A stretch of 64,000 nt of DNA, taken from positions 9,573-73,572 of the forward strand of contig CAZDTP010000012.1 in NCBI GenBank assembly GCA_964508365.1, in the 5' to 3' direction. The notes under the pieces are model-generated. The model saw only the letters and a program-made list of their open reading frames with translations, did not search any database and was not told the DNA's origin. The position numbers and the translations under genes were made by a program. Below, in pieces: positions 1-9,572 of the stretch; positions within the stretch are counted from its first letter, which is position 1; the number at the start of each line of letters is the position of its first letter. The DNA comes from an uncultured archaeon. Lineage in GTDB: Archaea > Asgardarchaeota > Lokiarchaeia > Sigyniarchaeales > SOKP01.

Positions 1-111
1 TAGACTTTCGGATTTATTTTGAAATATCTCGTCAAATTCTGTTTCAAACCAATATAAGTGTTGTTGAAATTCTTCCTTTTGCAGATTTTCACTATTATAG
101 TTAAGAAACAT
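1..111 (-). CDS. Hypothetical protein, 5' part only (runs off the left edge)
   Basis: ATG at 111 preceded by AGGAGA SD-like motif; open frame MFLNYNSENLQKEEFQQHLYWFETEFDEIFQNKSESL to position 1; not in ORF track. Confidence 0.6.
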   Translation of the reverse strand, partial: MFLNYNSENLQKEEFQQHLYWFETEFDEIFQNKSESL

Positions 112-423
112 GCGTCTCCTCAATTAATATTTTTAACTACTATCTTAAACTACAATAATAGTTATATAACTTATTTAAAAACTTAAGTATCTCTGCGGGT
201 TTTCTAATATGTCCTAAGACAAAAGGGAAAAATAGCTCTAATAAAAATCAGATAAATGAGTCGGATTTTGATTCGCTAATAACAAAAAAGTTAATGCGCT
301 AATTAAGAACTGAAGATATCGTAATAGAATAATTCTTTTTTTGTCGGAGCTTCTATTAGAGAATAAAAAAAAATTCTCATCAGTTAATAGAAAAAACATT
401 TTTCGCATTACCAAAAATAAAGT

Positions 424-849
424 TTAACCCAATACAACAAGTGCGATTAATCCGTTAAAGATATATCCAAATATTATTGCAATTATGAATAGAATTATCT
501 GAAGCACTAGAACAAAATGAATCGATTCTCCAGGGGCCTTCTTATAAAGCTTCATAACCATAATAATTCCAACTACCGTATTAATCCCAAACCTAATGAT
601 ATCGATTAACGCATTATCTCCAGCAAAAATACTGATTGAAATACCAACAATAAGGCTTGAAACCAACCATATTATATTTATTTCCAAAGCTAATTTATAC
701 GAATCATCCCAAGTTTTCGATTTTGCATACATTTGCATCATGAAAGTCCCGGCTATAAATAGAATAAATGATGTGCCTATAGCAGCAAGCACCACTAGAA
801 ATATCGTTAGTGTTAAAAGATCTAGCTGAAACAACATATTTTTCCTCAC
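424..849 (-). CDS. Hypothetical membrane protein (about 4 TM helices)
   Basis: 141 aa, alternating hydrophobic stretches. Confidence 0.7.
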   Translation of the reverse strand: MRKNMLFQLDLLTLTIFLVVLAAIGTSFILFIAGTFMMQMYAKSKTWDDSYKLALEINIIWLVSSLIVGISISIFAGDNALIDIIRFGINTVVGIIMVMKLYKKAPGESIHFVLVLQIILFIIAIIFGYIFNGLIALVVLG

Positions 850-989
850 TTTTTAAGTTTTTACTATTATCCAATTGAAAATTACAAACAATTTATATTT
901 TTAATTTATAAAAAGTTAAAAAATTTGATTTAAGCTTTGAATAAGCCGCCATACTAGGAAAAATAGCTCGGAAAAAAAAATTGACAATA

Positions 990-1760
990 TTATTTATCTT
1001 GAAAAAATTCGGCATTAAACTCCTCTAACTTATCAGGTGGCCACGCACGAGGCGTTTTGTAATTTTTTACAAATCTATGAGTGCAAAGAGGAGCACCAAA
1101 TCCAAGAGCTTGAGTCCGAGAAAAACCAAAACCTAACCCTTCAGCTTCGTAGTGATCTCCTAAGCAAATAAACGGAAGGTACTTCTCATTACCCAATTTT
1201 TTGTAAGCTTTTTGAACTCCACACTCCTGTATGTCCCAACCCCATTCAAACGTTATTCCATCTCCCTCTACGAAATCCATTACCCAATCGTCTGGATAAA
1301 GCTTCTTTTGGGTTTCTTCAGTTAATTTTTTTTGGTAGTCCATATATACAGAATCGAAAGGGTATTCGGATGGATCTCTACCCGCTTCTTCTAAAGCTTC
1401 CTTTCTAATTTTATGGGCTGCTATTACATAATTATAGTGAAATTCCCCAATCTCTCGAAATGAAAATCCTGCTTTCTCTAATATTCGAAAAATTGCGAGA
1501 TCAGACACGCATTTAACAAGGACTAGAGTGGTAGGATTCTTTTGTCCACCAATATAGGGAATATCAGGTAGAATTTTCTCGAATTCTGCTTTCATTTGGC
1601 TAATTAACTCCTCGGACTTCTTGTTATCAAATTTCTTGTAAAGTTCCTCATTTACGACAGCTAAACGTTCCTCAAAAGTTCCCATGAATTTTGATTTCTT
1701 TCTAACATAAAAATCTTCTATTATTTTTGCTACCATAATTATTATTTTAGGATCACACAT
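990..1760 (-). CDS. L-2-amino-thiazoline-4-carboxylate hydrolase-like family protein
   Basis: C-terminal pattern WDIQECG...PFICLGDH...GFSRTQALGFGAPLCTHRF; true start may be the ATG at 1685. Confidence 0.7.
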   Translation of the reverse strand: MCDPKIIIMVAKIIEDFYVRKKSKFMGTFEERLAVVNEELYKKFDNKKSEELISQMKAEFEKILPDIPYIGGQKNPTTLVLVKCVSDLAIFRILEKAGFSFREIGEFHYNYVIAAHKIRKEALEEAGRDPSEYPFDSVYMDYQKKLTEETQKKLYPDDWVMDFVEGDGITFEWGWDIQECGVQKAYKKLGNEKYLPFICLGDHYEAEGLGFGFSRTQALGFGAPLCTHRFVKNYKTPRAWPPDKLEEFNAEFFQDK

Positions 1761-1774
1761 TATAAACTATCACA

Positions 1775-2764
1775 TTGACGAGTAATAAAATAGTGAATTC
1801 GACCATTGGTGCTAATAGAAAGCAGGAAATCGTAGCATATGTGTTATTGATCTTAACTACGATTATCTGGGGAGGTACGTGGCCATTAGGGCGATGGTTA
1901 GTCTCAGAGGAAGTTGGCGGAGCTACTATCCCTCCATTCATGATTGCGGTGATTCGTTATTTCCTAGCTGTTATTTGTTTTTTTCTTATTCTTAGATTCA
2001 AGGAAGGAACTTTAAACTGGCAATTTGCAAAAAAGAACTGGAAGATTTTAGCGTTAATGGGACTGTTATCGGTGACGATCTATCAAGCAGGTTATTTAAT
2101 AGGAGAACTTCTTACCAGCGCGAGCGATGCCAGTATCATGGTCGCAACAAATGCGGTTTGGGTCGTAATCATTTCAAGCGCTTTTTTAAAAACTGAGCGA
2201 TTTGCATGGAAAAAGATGGTTGGCTCATTGTTAGCATTCACAGCAATAGTCATTGTTGTTGGGTTTTCTCCGAATCTCAATGTGTTAAATAGAATATTTG
2301 GAGATATTTTAATACTATTAGCAGCATTTGCTTATGCCACATATACAGTTATTTCACGGTTTTTCATAAATAAGACTCGCGAAAACACTAAAGCTTATCA
2401 ACCAAGCTCTATCTGGATCATGACTTATGTTTCCCTGTTTGGATTTTTGATAACCACTCCGATAGCGTTAATTTTTAGTCCAGAGTACTTAATTCCAGCA
2501 ACTTATTTAACTATTCCCCCCCGAGTATGGATTGGTATCTCTTATCTAGCATTTATATCTACGATCGGAGCATACACATTCTACTTAGAAGGAGTAAAAC
2601 GTTTAAATGCTAGTAGAGCAGCAATATTTCAGGCTTTGGTTCCATTATTTGGGGTAGTTTTCTCTGCAATATTTTTGCAGGAAGAATTTGATGTAATTGT
2701 TTATCCTTTTGCCCTATTATTAGTAATCGTGGGAATTACTTTAGTGAATCTAAAAAAAAATTAA
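1775..2764 (+). CDS. DMT/EamA family transporter
   Basis: About 10 TM helices, LTTIIWGGTWP, GDILILLAAFAYATY, two EamA halves. Confidence 0.9.
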   Translation: MTSNKIVNSTIGANRKQEIVAYVLLILTTIIWGGTWPLGRWLVSEEVGGATIPPFMIAVIRYFLAVICFFLILRFKEGTLNWQFAKKNWKILALMGLLSVTIYQAGYLIGELLTSASDASIMVATNAVWVVIISSAFLKTERFAWKKMVGSLLAFTAIVIVVGFSPNLNVLNRIFGDILILLAAFAYATYTVISRFFINKTRENTKAYQPSSIWIMTYVSLFGFLITTPIALIFSPEYLIPATYLTIPPRVWIGISYLAFISTIGAYTFYLEGVKRLNASRAAIFQALVPLFGVVFSAIFLQEEFDVIVYPFALLLVIVGITLVNLKKN

Positions 2765-2799
2765 AATAAACAGACTATTAACAGGGTTGGTTATAAAAA

Positions 2800-3264
2800 G
2801 TGAGAATTCCTATACAAGTATTAATTTATCCGGTTAGGAAAACCAATGAAGATTGGGAATATTTAATGCTTAAAAGGGTTAAAAAGCGAGGAGGCTTCTG
2901 GCAAGGAGTAACAGGTGCCCCTGAAATTGGGGAATCTCTTTATGAGGGCGCAAAAAGAGAATTATATGAGGAGACTGGCTATAATTCGGCTGATTTAACA
3001 AAAACAGAAATCTCCTATATAATTCCAATGGAAGATAGATGGAAAGATATATATCCTAATGGCACTAGAGAAATCCCTGAATATCTTTTTATTGCTATGG
3101 TACATCAACAAGGTCCACCTAAAATAGACCCTATTGAACACAACGATTGGAAATGGTGCTCATACGAAGAGGCCATGAATCTTCTATCATTGGAAGATAA
3201 TAAGAGAGCTCTCGAGTATGTTCAAGAGCTTTTAAAAGAAGATTTAAGTAGAGAAAAAAAGTAA
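2800..3264 (+). CDS. NUDIX hydrolase (NudB-like)
   Basis: Nudix box GAPEIGESLYEGAKRELYEETG preceded by FWQGVTG; EHNDWKW. Confidence 0.9.
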   Translation: MRIPIQVLIYPVRKTNEDWEYLMLKRVKKRGGFWQGVTGAPEIGESLYEGAKRELYEETGYNSADLTKTEISYIIPMEDRWKDIYPNGTREIPEYLFIAMVHQQGPPKIDPIEHNDWKWCSYEEAMNLLSLEDNKRALEYVQELLKEDLSREKK

Positions 3265-3329
3265 ATTTACTATTTTTTAATTAGGTTACCTAACTTGACA
3301 TTTGGAATAATCGCATAGTTAGCCTTCTC

Positions 3330-4445
3330 TTATTTGAGTATTTTAACCTCATTTTTTCCCTTCAATTCTACTACTTTTTTCCCAATGTTAGCTATCCTGC
3401 GTGATAATTCGGAAATCTTCCATTTTTCGTGCCCCTTTACATATGTAGAAAAAGTATTTTGTAGTGGGTCTTTCCATTTTGAAGGGATATTATCAGCACC
3501 TAATCTAGCTCCAAGTATCGCACCAATATTTCCACAATTACAATCAGTATCGTATCCCATCATAGCAGCGACGCAGATGGATCTCCCAATGGGATCTATT
3601 TTGTCTTGAGCACCATATAGAAGAGATAGAATAATAATTCCTATATTAGGAAGAACATGCACTTTTGACTCCCTTCCTTTCAATATTAATGCTCTTTCCG
3701 TTTCAGAAGTAGGTTCATTATTGATTATTTCTTCCTTTATCTTTCTCCAATACTCGTTTATTAAAAGTTCTCTCGCCTTTCTAAAGTCATCGGTATTCTG
3801 TTCATACAGACTTATTGTTTCTTTTACAGTTTTTGTGTATAAACTCTCATTTTCATTAGGTAAAAAGGAGAGAGCCTGATCTATATTTTTTCTAATGTCA
3901 TTTTCAAAGAAAGCGTTAGAAATAAGGAGAGCAACAAAAATTTCACCTTCTATACCAATCCCCGCATGGGAGATAGATCCATCCATTACACAATAATATT
4001 TGACGATATCTGAACATCCTGGGGCAATTTGACCCCAAATATCTGCTCTCATTTGAGCACCTATAAAATCAAAATACGGATTATTATGTATCCCAGATTT
4101 CGGAGGGAAAATGTTTGATCTTATGTTATTTAAAGCCACTTTTTCAGCAGTAAAAACTGCTTTATCGTATTTTAGGAGATTTACCCATTCTATCGCAAGA
4201 TCCTTCGCTGTAAGGTCTAATCCATATTTTTCTAAAGCGATTAGCGCGATGATTTCGTACATCTCATCGTCATTGACATAATTTAGATCAATTTTTTTTG
4301 GATAATCATTAATTTCACCGTATCTTCGTTGAATAGTTTTAATAGGTCTTAATTCTAACGGCGCTCCAACGAAATCACCCGCAACTCTACCTATCCAGGA
4401 GCCAAAAACTTTATTGTAATAATATTTAAATCTTATTTCTTTCAT
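3330..4445 (-). CDS. ADP-ribosylglycohydrolase family protein
   Basis: GDFVGAPLE, NDDEM, DGSISH, GYDTDCNCGNIGAILGA motifs. Confidence 0.88.
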   Translation of the reverse strand: MKEIRFKYYYNKVFGSWIGRVAGDFVGAPLELRPIKTIQRRYGEINDYPKKIDLNYVNDDEMYEIIALIALEKYGLDLTAKDLAIEWVNLLKYDKAVFTAEKVALNNIRSNIFPPKSGIHNNPYFDFIGAQMRADIWGQIAPGCSDIVKYYCVMDGSISHAGIGIEGEIFVALLISNAFFENDIRKNIDQALSFLPNENESLYTKTVKETISLYEQNTDDFRKARELLINEYWRKIKEEIINNEPTSETERALILKGRESKVHVLPNIGIIILSLLYGAQDKIDPIGRSICVAAMMGYDTDCNCGNIGAILGARLGADNIPSKWKDPLQNTFSTYVKGHEKWKISELSRRIANIGKKVVELKGKNEVKILK

Positions 4446-4720
4446 GAGTCTTTTTAACTCTAATTTTTATTTTCGTAAATTTCATTCTTTTGTATAAAGC
4501 AAACAGGAGATTCAATCCTAGGTCAGCAATACGTATTATTCCTAAAATGATAAAACCTACTGAATTTTTTGGCCTAAATTTGATCACACACTTCAAGTTG
4601 GATTATTTATTATAGATTAGATTATAGTAATTTATAAAGATGTCGACCAAACCTGGCTACACTATTGAATAAAGAGGAGATTCGTTCTCAACAATCTTCA
4701 CATCATTTTACAACCGTTTT

Positions 4721-4752
4721 TAGAAAATTCTATATTTAGAAAATTCTATATT
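4721..4752. repeat. Perfect 16-bp tandem duplication, each unit holding a TAGAA-AA-TTCTA palindrome
   Basis: tagaaaattctatatt x2 in the divergent intergenic region between the ARH gene and 4819..5088. Confidence 0.85.
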
Positions 4753-4818
4753 TATAATAATCCTAAATTAATTTATGAAAATCTTTTATTAAAGCTAAAT
4801 TAAAATTCGGATTGCCTT

Positions 4819-5088
4819 ATGACTGACTCCTCAAAAGCCAATTTGGTTAATAAAATTCAGGTCGAATACCATAAAAAGTTAAAAGAACTAGAACAAAAAC
4901 TCGCAGCAAAGCATAAAGAATTAAACCTAATCGAACAAGGAATAAAACATGAATCAAAAAAAATTTATGACTCAAACCTTTCTTCATTAAAGGCTAAAAG
5001 AACGGAGTTGAATGCTTCCATTTTAAAGTTAAAGAAGGATATAAGACATATCAATAAAGAAAAAATTAAAAAGTTGAGAAAGCTATAA
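4819..5088 (+). CDS. Small coiled-coil hypothetical protein
   Basis: 89 aa, Lys/Glu/Leu heptad character. Confidence 0.6.
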   Translation: MTDSSKANLVNKIQVEYHKKLKELEQKLAAKHKELNLIEQGIKHESKKIYDSNLSSLKAKRTELNASILKLKKDIRHINKEKIKKLRKL

Positions 5089-5260
5089 ATTATCTTTATA
5101 ATGATGTCGTCTAATCTTAACAGAAGATTGTATCATTGAACTTTTAAATCTTTTTGATTTCAAACTCCAACAACTCTACCTATACAAGAGCCATAAACTT
5201 TTTTATAATATTCCTTAAATGTTATTTCTTTCATGATTTTTTTGATTATTTATTTGAAAA

Positions 5261-6118
5261 TTAACGTAAGGGAAATTTTGGGTCTCGTTTCTCGATGTAA
5301 GCATTAAATGCTTCCCACACATCTGCAGAACTACCTCCTAAAACTTGCCCGCGGTTTTCTAATTGGATCATTGTTTCTAAACTCGGAGAATCAAGGGATA
5401 GATTAATCGCTTGTTTTGTCATCCGTAAGCCCAAAGGGCTTTTTGTGAGCATTTCTCTCGCCATTTCCATCGCTGAATCAAACAATTTCTCTTCCTCGAC
5501 AATCTTCAAAACAAAACCTATTTTGGTAGCTTCTTCAGCGCCGAAAAACCTTCCTGTATATAATAATTCGGATGCTCTCGACAATCCTATGAGACGCGGT
5601 AGAAAATAACTACTCCCCATATCCGCCCCTGTTAACCCGATATTTATATAACCCGCGTTGAATTTCGCATTCTTTCCAACTATCCGAATATCAGCAGCCA
5701 TTGCGATAGAAAAACCCGCTCCCATTGCAGCACCTTGGATTACAGCAATAATCGGTTGCGAAATCTTTCGCATCTTAATGATAAGATCAGAAATTCTCCA
5801 TTGGTAATACATAAAGCTTTTAACCACTTCGGGAATATCTAAGAAATAAAATTTCTTGAGATGATCCGGCTTCTTTTTTGATTTCAATACGCTGGCATCG
5901 CTCAAATCTTGACCGGCATTAAAGACCTTTCCTTCTGCTTTCATAATCAGGACCCGACAATCAAGATTTGTCATTAATGCATCTAATAATGAATGAAGGT
6001 CCTCAACCATCTGAAAAGATATAGCATTAGCTTTTTCTGGTCTGTTGAATGTTAAAATTCCAATACCGTTTTCTTCCAATTCGAACTTTATCGTTTCAAA
6101 TTCCATACTCTTACACAT
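5261..6118 (-). CDS. Enoyl-CoA hydratase/isomerase (crotonase) family protein
   Basis: LTFNRPEKANAIS, FNAGQDL, QPIIAVIQGAAMGAG, GADMGSSYFLPRLIG; probable start ATG 6106. Confidence 0.93.
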   Translation of the reverse strand: MCKSMEFETIKFELEENGIGILTFNRPEKANAISFQMVEDLHSLLDALMTNLDCRVLIMKAEGKVFNAGQDLSDASVLKSKKKPDHLKKFYFLDIPEVVKSFMYYQWRISDLIIKMRKISQPIIAVIQGAAMGAGFSIAMAADIRIVGKNAKFNAGYINIGLTGADMGSSYFLPRLIGLSRASELLYTGRFFGAEEATKIGFVLKIVEEEKLFDSAMEMAREMLTKSPLGLRMTKQAINLSLDSPSLETMIQLENRGQVLGGSSADVWEAFNAYIEKRDPKFPLR

Positions 6119-6210
6119 AAAAGATCAAATAAAAAGATGTTATGATAACGAAATGGTCATTTCAATAAAAAGTTTAAATCATATTATAATATTTCTTCAA
6201 AAGTTTCAAA

Positions 6211-6366
6211 TTATTTTGAGTTATTTTCTTTATTAAAAGACCAGAAATATACAACAACAATACAAAATATTAGTAATATTGGAATTGAAATCATAATTGA
6301 AATATAATTCTCTCCCTCCGAACTAAGAAGTAATACACCTGGAATGGAAATCAACAACGAAATCAT
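6211..6366 (-). CDS. Small two-TM protein or 3' remnant of a membrane-protein gene (51 aa)
   Basis: Hand-translated MISLLISIPGVLLLSSEGENYISIMISIPILLIFCIVVVYFWSFNKENNSK; below ORF-track cutoff. Confidence 0.45.
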   Translation of the reverse strand: MISLLISIPGVLLLSSEGENYISIMISIPILLIFCIVVVYFWSFNKENNSK

Positions 6367-6373
6367 TTCAGAA

Positions 6374-6459
6374 TAATTAAAAAAAAGGATTTCATAAGAA
6401 GCTGGTATGGTCTAAAGCTTAAGAATTATAGAATAAATCAGAAATATAATAAAAAAAAA
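6374..6459. repeat. 86-bp intergenic direct repeat, copy 1 (includes minus-strand T-tract)
   Basis: Ungapped match to 9461-9546 with 12 mismatches by hand count. Confidence 0.85.
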
Positions 6460-6477
6460 GATTTAATTAATTAAACC

Positions 6478-9345
6478 TTATTCTGGTGTCGCTCGTTTTT
6501 TCATAAATATGTAGAGACCAGCTATGACTGCAACTCCTCCGACTACAGAAACAACAATAATAACGATAAGAATAGTTAGATCATCCCCAGCAGGGGGGAT
6601 GCTTTTCGTTATCGTTAATTCTTCAAAAGATAGATTTCCTATAGTATCATTCGCATAGAAAGTAATAGTTATTGAGCCTTCAGATAAAGCCGACCATGCT
6701 GTTTGGTCAATGGTAGCATTCGTAGTAATAGCATGAGTGGTCACACCTCCATCAAGAGAATACCATATCGAGTCTAAATGGTCATCTGTAATCGTAATAA
6801 TGAAAGCAGGAGCACTAACACCAAATTCACTCCCGGAAGAAGGTGAATTGACAACGATAACTGGCCCTATAGCATCTTTTACGATAATTACATCCTCAGA
6901 TGTTTCATGTCCTAACATATCATTCGCATAGAAAGTAATAGTTATTAAGCCTTCAGATAAAGCCGACCATGCTGTTTGGTCAATGGTAGCATTCGTAGTA
7001 ATAGCATGAGTGGTCACACCTCCATCAAGAGAATACCATATCGAGTCTAAATGGTCATCTGTAATCGTAATAATGAAAGCAGGAGCACTAACACCAAATT
7101 CACTCCCGGAAGAAGGTGAATTGATTATGATAATTGGACCTGTAATATCTTTTACGATATTTACATCAGCAAATCCAATATATCCTGGTATATCAGAAGC
7201 ATAGAAGATTAATGTAATCGTACCATCAGATAAGGCATCCCACGCAGATTGATCAATCGTTCCGTTATCTGTAAAGGTGTAATTATTTAATCCCCCATCA
7301 ATAGTATACCACATTTCATCTATATAATCGTCTGTAATTCTCACATTAAAAGAGGGGGCAGTAGTACCAAATACACCACCGGGATCAGGTGAATTAATCG
7401 CTATCGATGGGGCACCGTCTTCTGCTATGGGTAAATAATCTATACTTCCAGCAGAACCACCTATATATATGTATGGATCATCTACAATTCCATCTTGTGG
7501 GGTTGTATCTGGACTAGTCCAATTATCCCAGTAATTACCAATTGCGGTGCTATTCCAATTGTTATCGGTTCCATCATCAATAGCATGTTTTTCATTTTTC
7601 AGAAAGAAATTTCCATAGATGGAGTTATTATTACTAGAGTCTAAATATATCCCGCTTTGGGTATTGTTACATGCGGTGTTTCCTGTAATGTTATTGTAAT
7701 GAGAAGTTTGTAAAGATATCCCATCACCGTTATAGTTTGCGGTGTTTTTAGAAACCGCGTTGTAATCACTATTAAATAAATATATCCCTATATCCCCAGC
7801 ATGGTCATTTGCAGTGTTTCCTATAATATTATTATAATCGCAAAACCATAAAACAATCCCATGACCATTATCGTTTGCGGTGTTTCCCGAGATACTATTA
7901 TCATCGCAATTATCATTTAACCATATTCCATAATCGCCATTACCATTTGCGGTGTTTCCCGAGATCGTATTATTATTGCAACTATTTTCTAAATATATCC
8001 CATAATAGGTATTATTGCTTGCGGTGTTTCCCGTAATATTATTATAATCACAATCGTATAAATGTATCCCGTGCAGATTATTGTCATTTGCAGTGTTTTT
8101 TGTTATAGTATTGTATTCACAATCTTCTAAATATATTCCAAATTCGGTATTATTGTATGCAGTATTTTCAGAGATAGTGTTATTTTTGGCATGTTCATGT
8201 ATATACATTCCATAAGCGGTGTTATTATTTAATGTATTTCCTGTAACTGTGTTATTATTACTTCCCTCTAAGCGTATTCCGTAATAATTATTATCGTTTG
8301 CTGTATTTCCGATGATACTATTGAAATCATCGTAGAATACTTCTATACCAACATTATTTCTATTTACAATATTTTTCACGACAATGTTATTATCACAATC
8401 ACTTTCTAAGAAAATCCCATCAATATTACCACTTCCAGTATTTTCCGTAATATTATTGTAATCACTGAAAGTTAAATATATTCCCGCAATATTATTGTCG
8501 TTCGCAATATTTCCTGAAATTGTGTTGTAATGTCCATTATTAATTTCAATTCCATCATTGTTATTATCATTCAAATTGTTTTCCGTTATAGTATTATTAT
8601 CACTAAACCACAATAAAATACCATTATCGTTGTTATTATTTGCTTTATTTCTATAAATTTCGTTGAATTTGCTATTACTTACTTTTATCCCGTTTGTATT
8701 GCTATATACGGTGTTGTTGTAGATAATATTATTATCACTAATTGATAAACTGACTCCAATTACAGAACTATATGCAGTATTATCTATTACTTCACTATAA
8801 TTACTCTGAATTAAATATATAGCGTTCATAGTATTATAGACTGTGTTATTAGCAATAATTATATCTTCACATTCGTTTAAATAGACCCCAGTACCCATTC
8901 CATTAATAGCAATATTATTATCACTTACTAAACCATTTGTAGTATTATCTAAGGTTATCGCTTTTTCTGAGCCTATTGAGATGGATCCGTCCCAGAAGAA
9001 TGTGCAGTTTTTAATTATGAAAGATATATTATTTGAATTGCTTATCTTAATACCATCTGCCAAACTATCTATCCCTAATGTGTGATCTTGAATTATATAA
9101 GGATTTTCTAAAGTTCCTAATCCAGAACACCACACTTGATTTTCTGCCCATGTCCAATTATTCCAACTTCCAGGCAGATTGTCAATTGTGATATTTTCAT
9201 ACGTTCCAGAAGTTCTTATCTTAGGTTGCACATAAATGTTAGAATTAGTATTACTTAAATATCCAGAATTTTGTATAAAGAAAAATCCTACAATGAACAT
9301 CAATGCAATAATACTAGTAATAAACTTTCGTTGATTCGGTTTCAT
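6478..9345 (-). CDS. Cell-surface protein: signal peptide, NosD/right-handed beta-helix repeats, three Ig-like repeats, C-terminal TM anchor
   Basis: Repeated N.I.GN.A.NN..GI.L units; IxINSP...APxFxxxITD...WYxxDGG Ig-like units; hydrophobic C-terminus plus KKR. Confidence 0.88.
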   Translation of the reverse strand: MKPNQRKFITSIIALMFIVGFFFIQNSGYLSNTNSNIYVQPKIRTSGTYENITIDNLPGSWNNWTWAENQVWCSGLGTLENPYIIQDHTLGIDSLADGIKISNSNNISFIIKNCTFFWDGSISIGSEKAITLDNTTNGLVSDNNIAINGMGTGVYLNECEDIIIANNTVYNTMNAIYLIQSNYSEVIDNTAYSSVIGVSLSISDNNIIYNNTVYSNTNGIKVSNSKFNEIYRNKANNNNDNGILLWFSDNNTITENNLNDNNNDGIEINNGHYNTISGNIANDNNIAGIYLTFSDYNNITENTGSGNIDGIFLESDCDNNIVVKNIVNRNNVGIEVFYDDFNSIIGNTANDNNYYGIRLEGSNNNTVTGNTLNNNTAYGMYIHEHAKNNTISENTAYNNTEFGIYLEDCEYNTITKNTANDNNLHGIHLYDCDYNNITGNTASNNTYYGIYLENSCNNNTISGNTANGNGDYGIWLNDNCDDNSISGNTANDNGHGIVLWFCDYNNIIGNTANDHAGDIGIYLFNSDYNAVSKNTANYNGDGISLQTSHYNNITGNTACNNTQSGIYLDSSNNNSIYGNFFLKNEKHAIDDGTDNNWNSTAIGNYWDNWTSPDTTPQDGIVDDPYIYIGGSAGSIDYLPIAEDGAPSIAINSPDPGGVFGTTAPSFNVRITDDYIDEMWYTIDGGLNNYTFTDNGTIDQSAWDALSDGTITLIFYASDIPGYIGFADVNIVKDITGPIIIINSPSSGSEFGVSAPAFIITITDDHLDSIWYSLDGGVTTHAITTNATIDQTAWSALSEGLITITFYANDMLGHETSEDVIIVKDAIGPVIVVNSPSSGSEFGVSAPAFIITITDDHLDSIWYSLDGGVTTHAITTNATIDQTAWSALSEGSITITFYANDTIGNLSFEELTITKSIPPAGDDLTILIVIIVVSVVGGVAVIAGLYIFMKKRATPE
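6645..7124. repeat. Near-identical intragenic duplication, period 273 bp (91 aa)
   Basis: 6645-6851 vs 6918-7124 differ at one base in 207. Confidence 0.9.
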
Positions 9346-9460
9346 TCTTAAGACCTTTTTATAAAAAGTATGTGGATTGATATTATTTCTTCTAATTTAA
9401 ATATTATTAAAGACCTTTAAATTTAGGTTTCACTAGGAACCTTACTTCTTTTAGTCTAAA

Positions 9461-9546
9461 TGATTAAAAAAAGAGATTTAATTAGAAACTGATATGTTCT
9501 AAAGCCTTAGAATTATAGAAAAAATCATAAATATAATAAAAAAAAA
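9461..9546. repeat. 86-bp intergenic direct repeat, copy 2
   Basis: Matches 6374-6459; lies just 3' of the acyltransferase gene. Confidence 0.85.
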
Positions 9547-9572
9547 ATTTTGTTTTAAAATTTATAATACCC

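Noticed and set aside
2800-4445. NUDIX plus ADP-ribosylglycohydrolase as an ADP-ribose recycling module
   Set aside because: The genes are convergent, not co-transcribed, and the NUDIX has NudB-like rather than ADP-ribose pyrophosphatase features.
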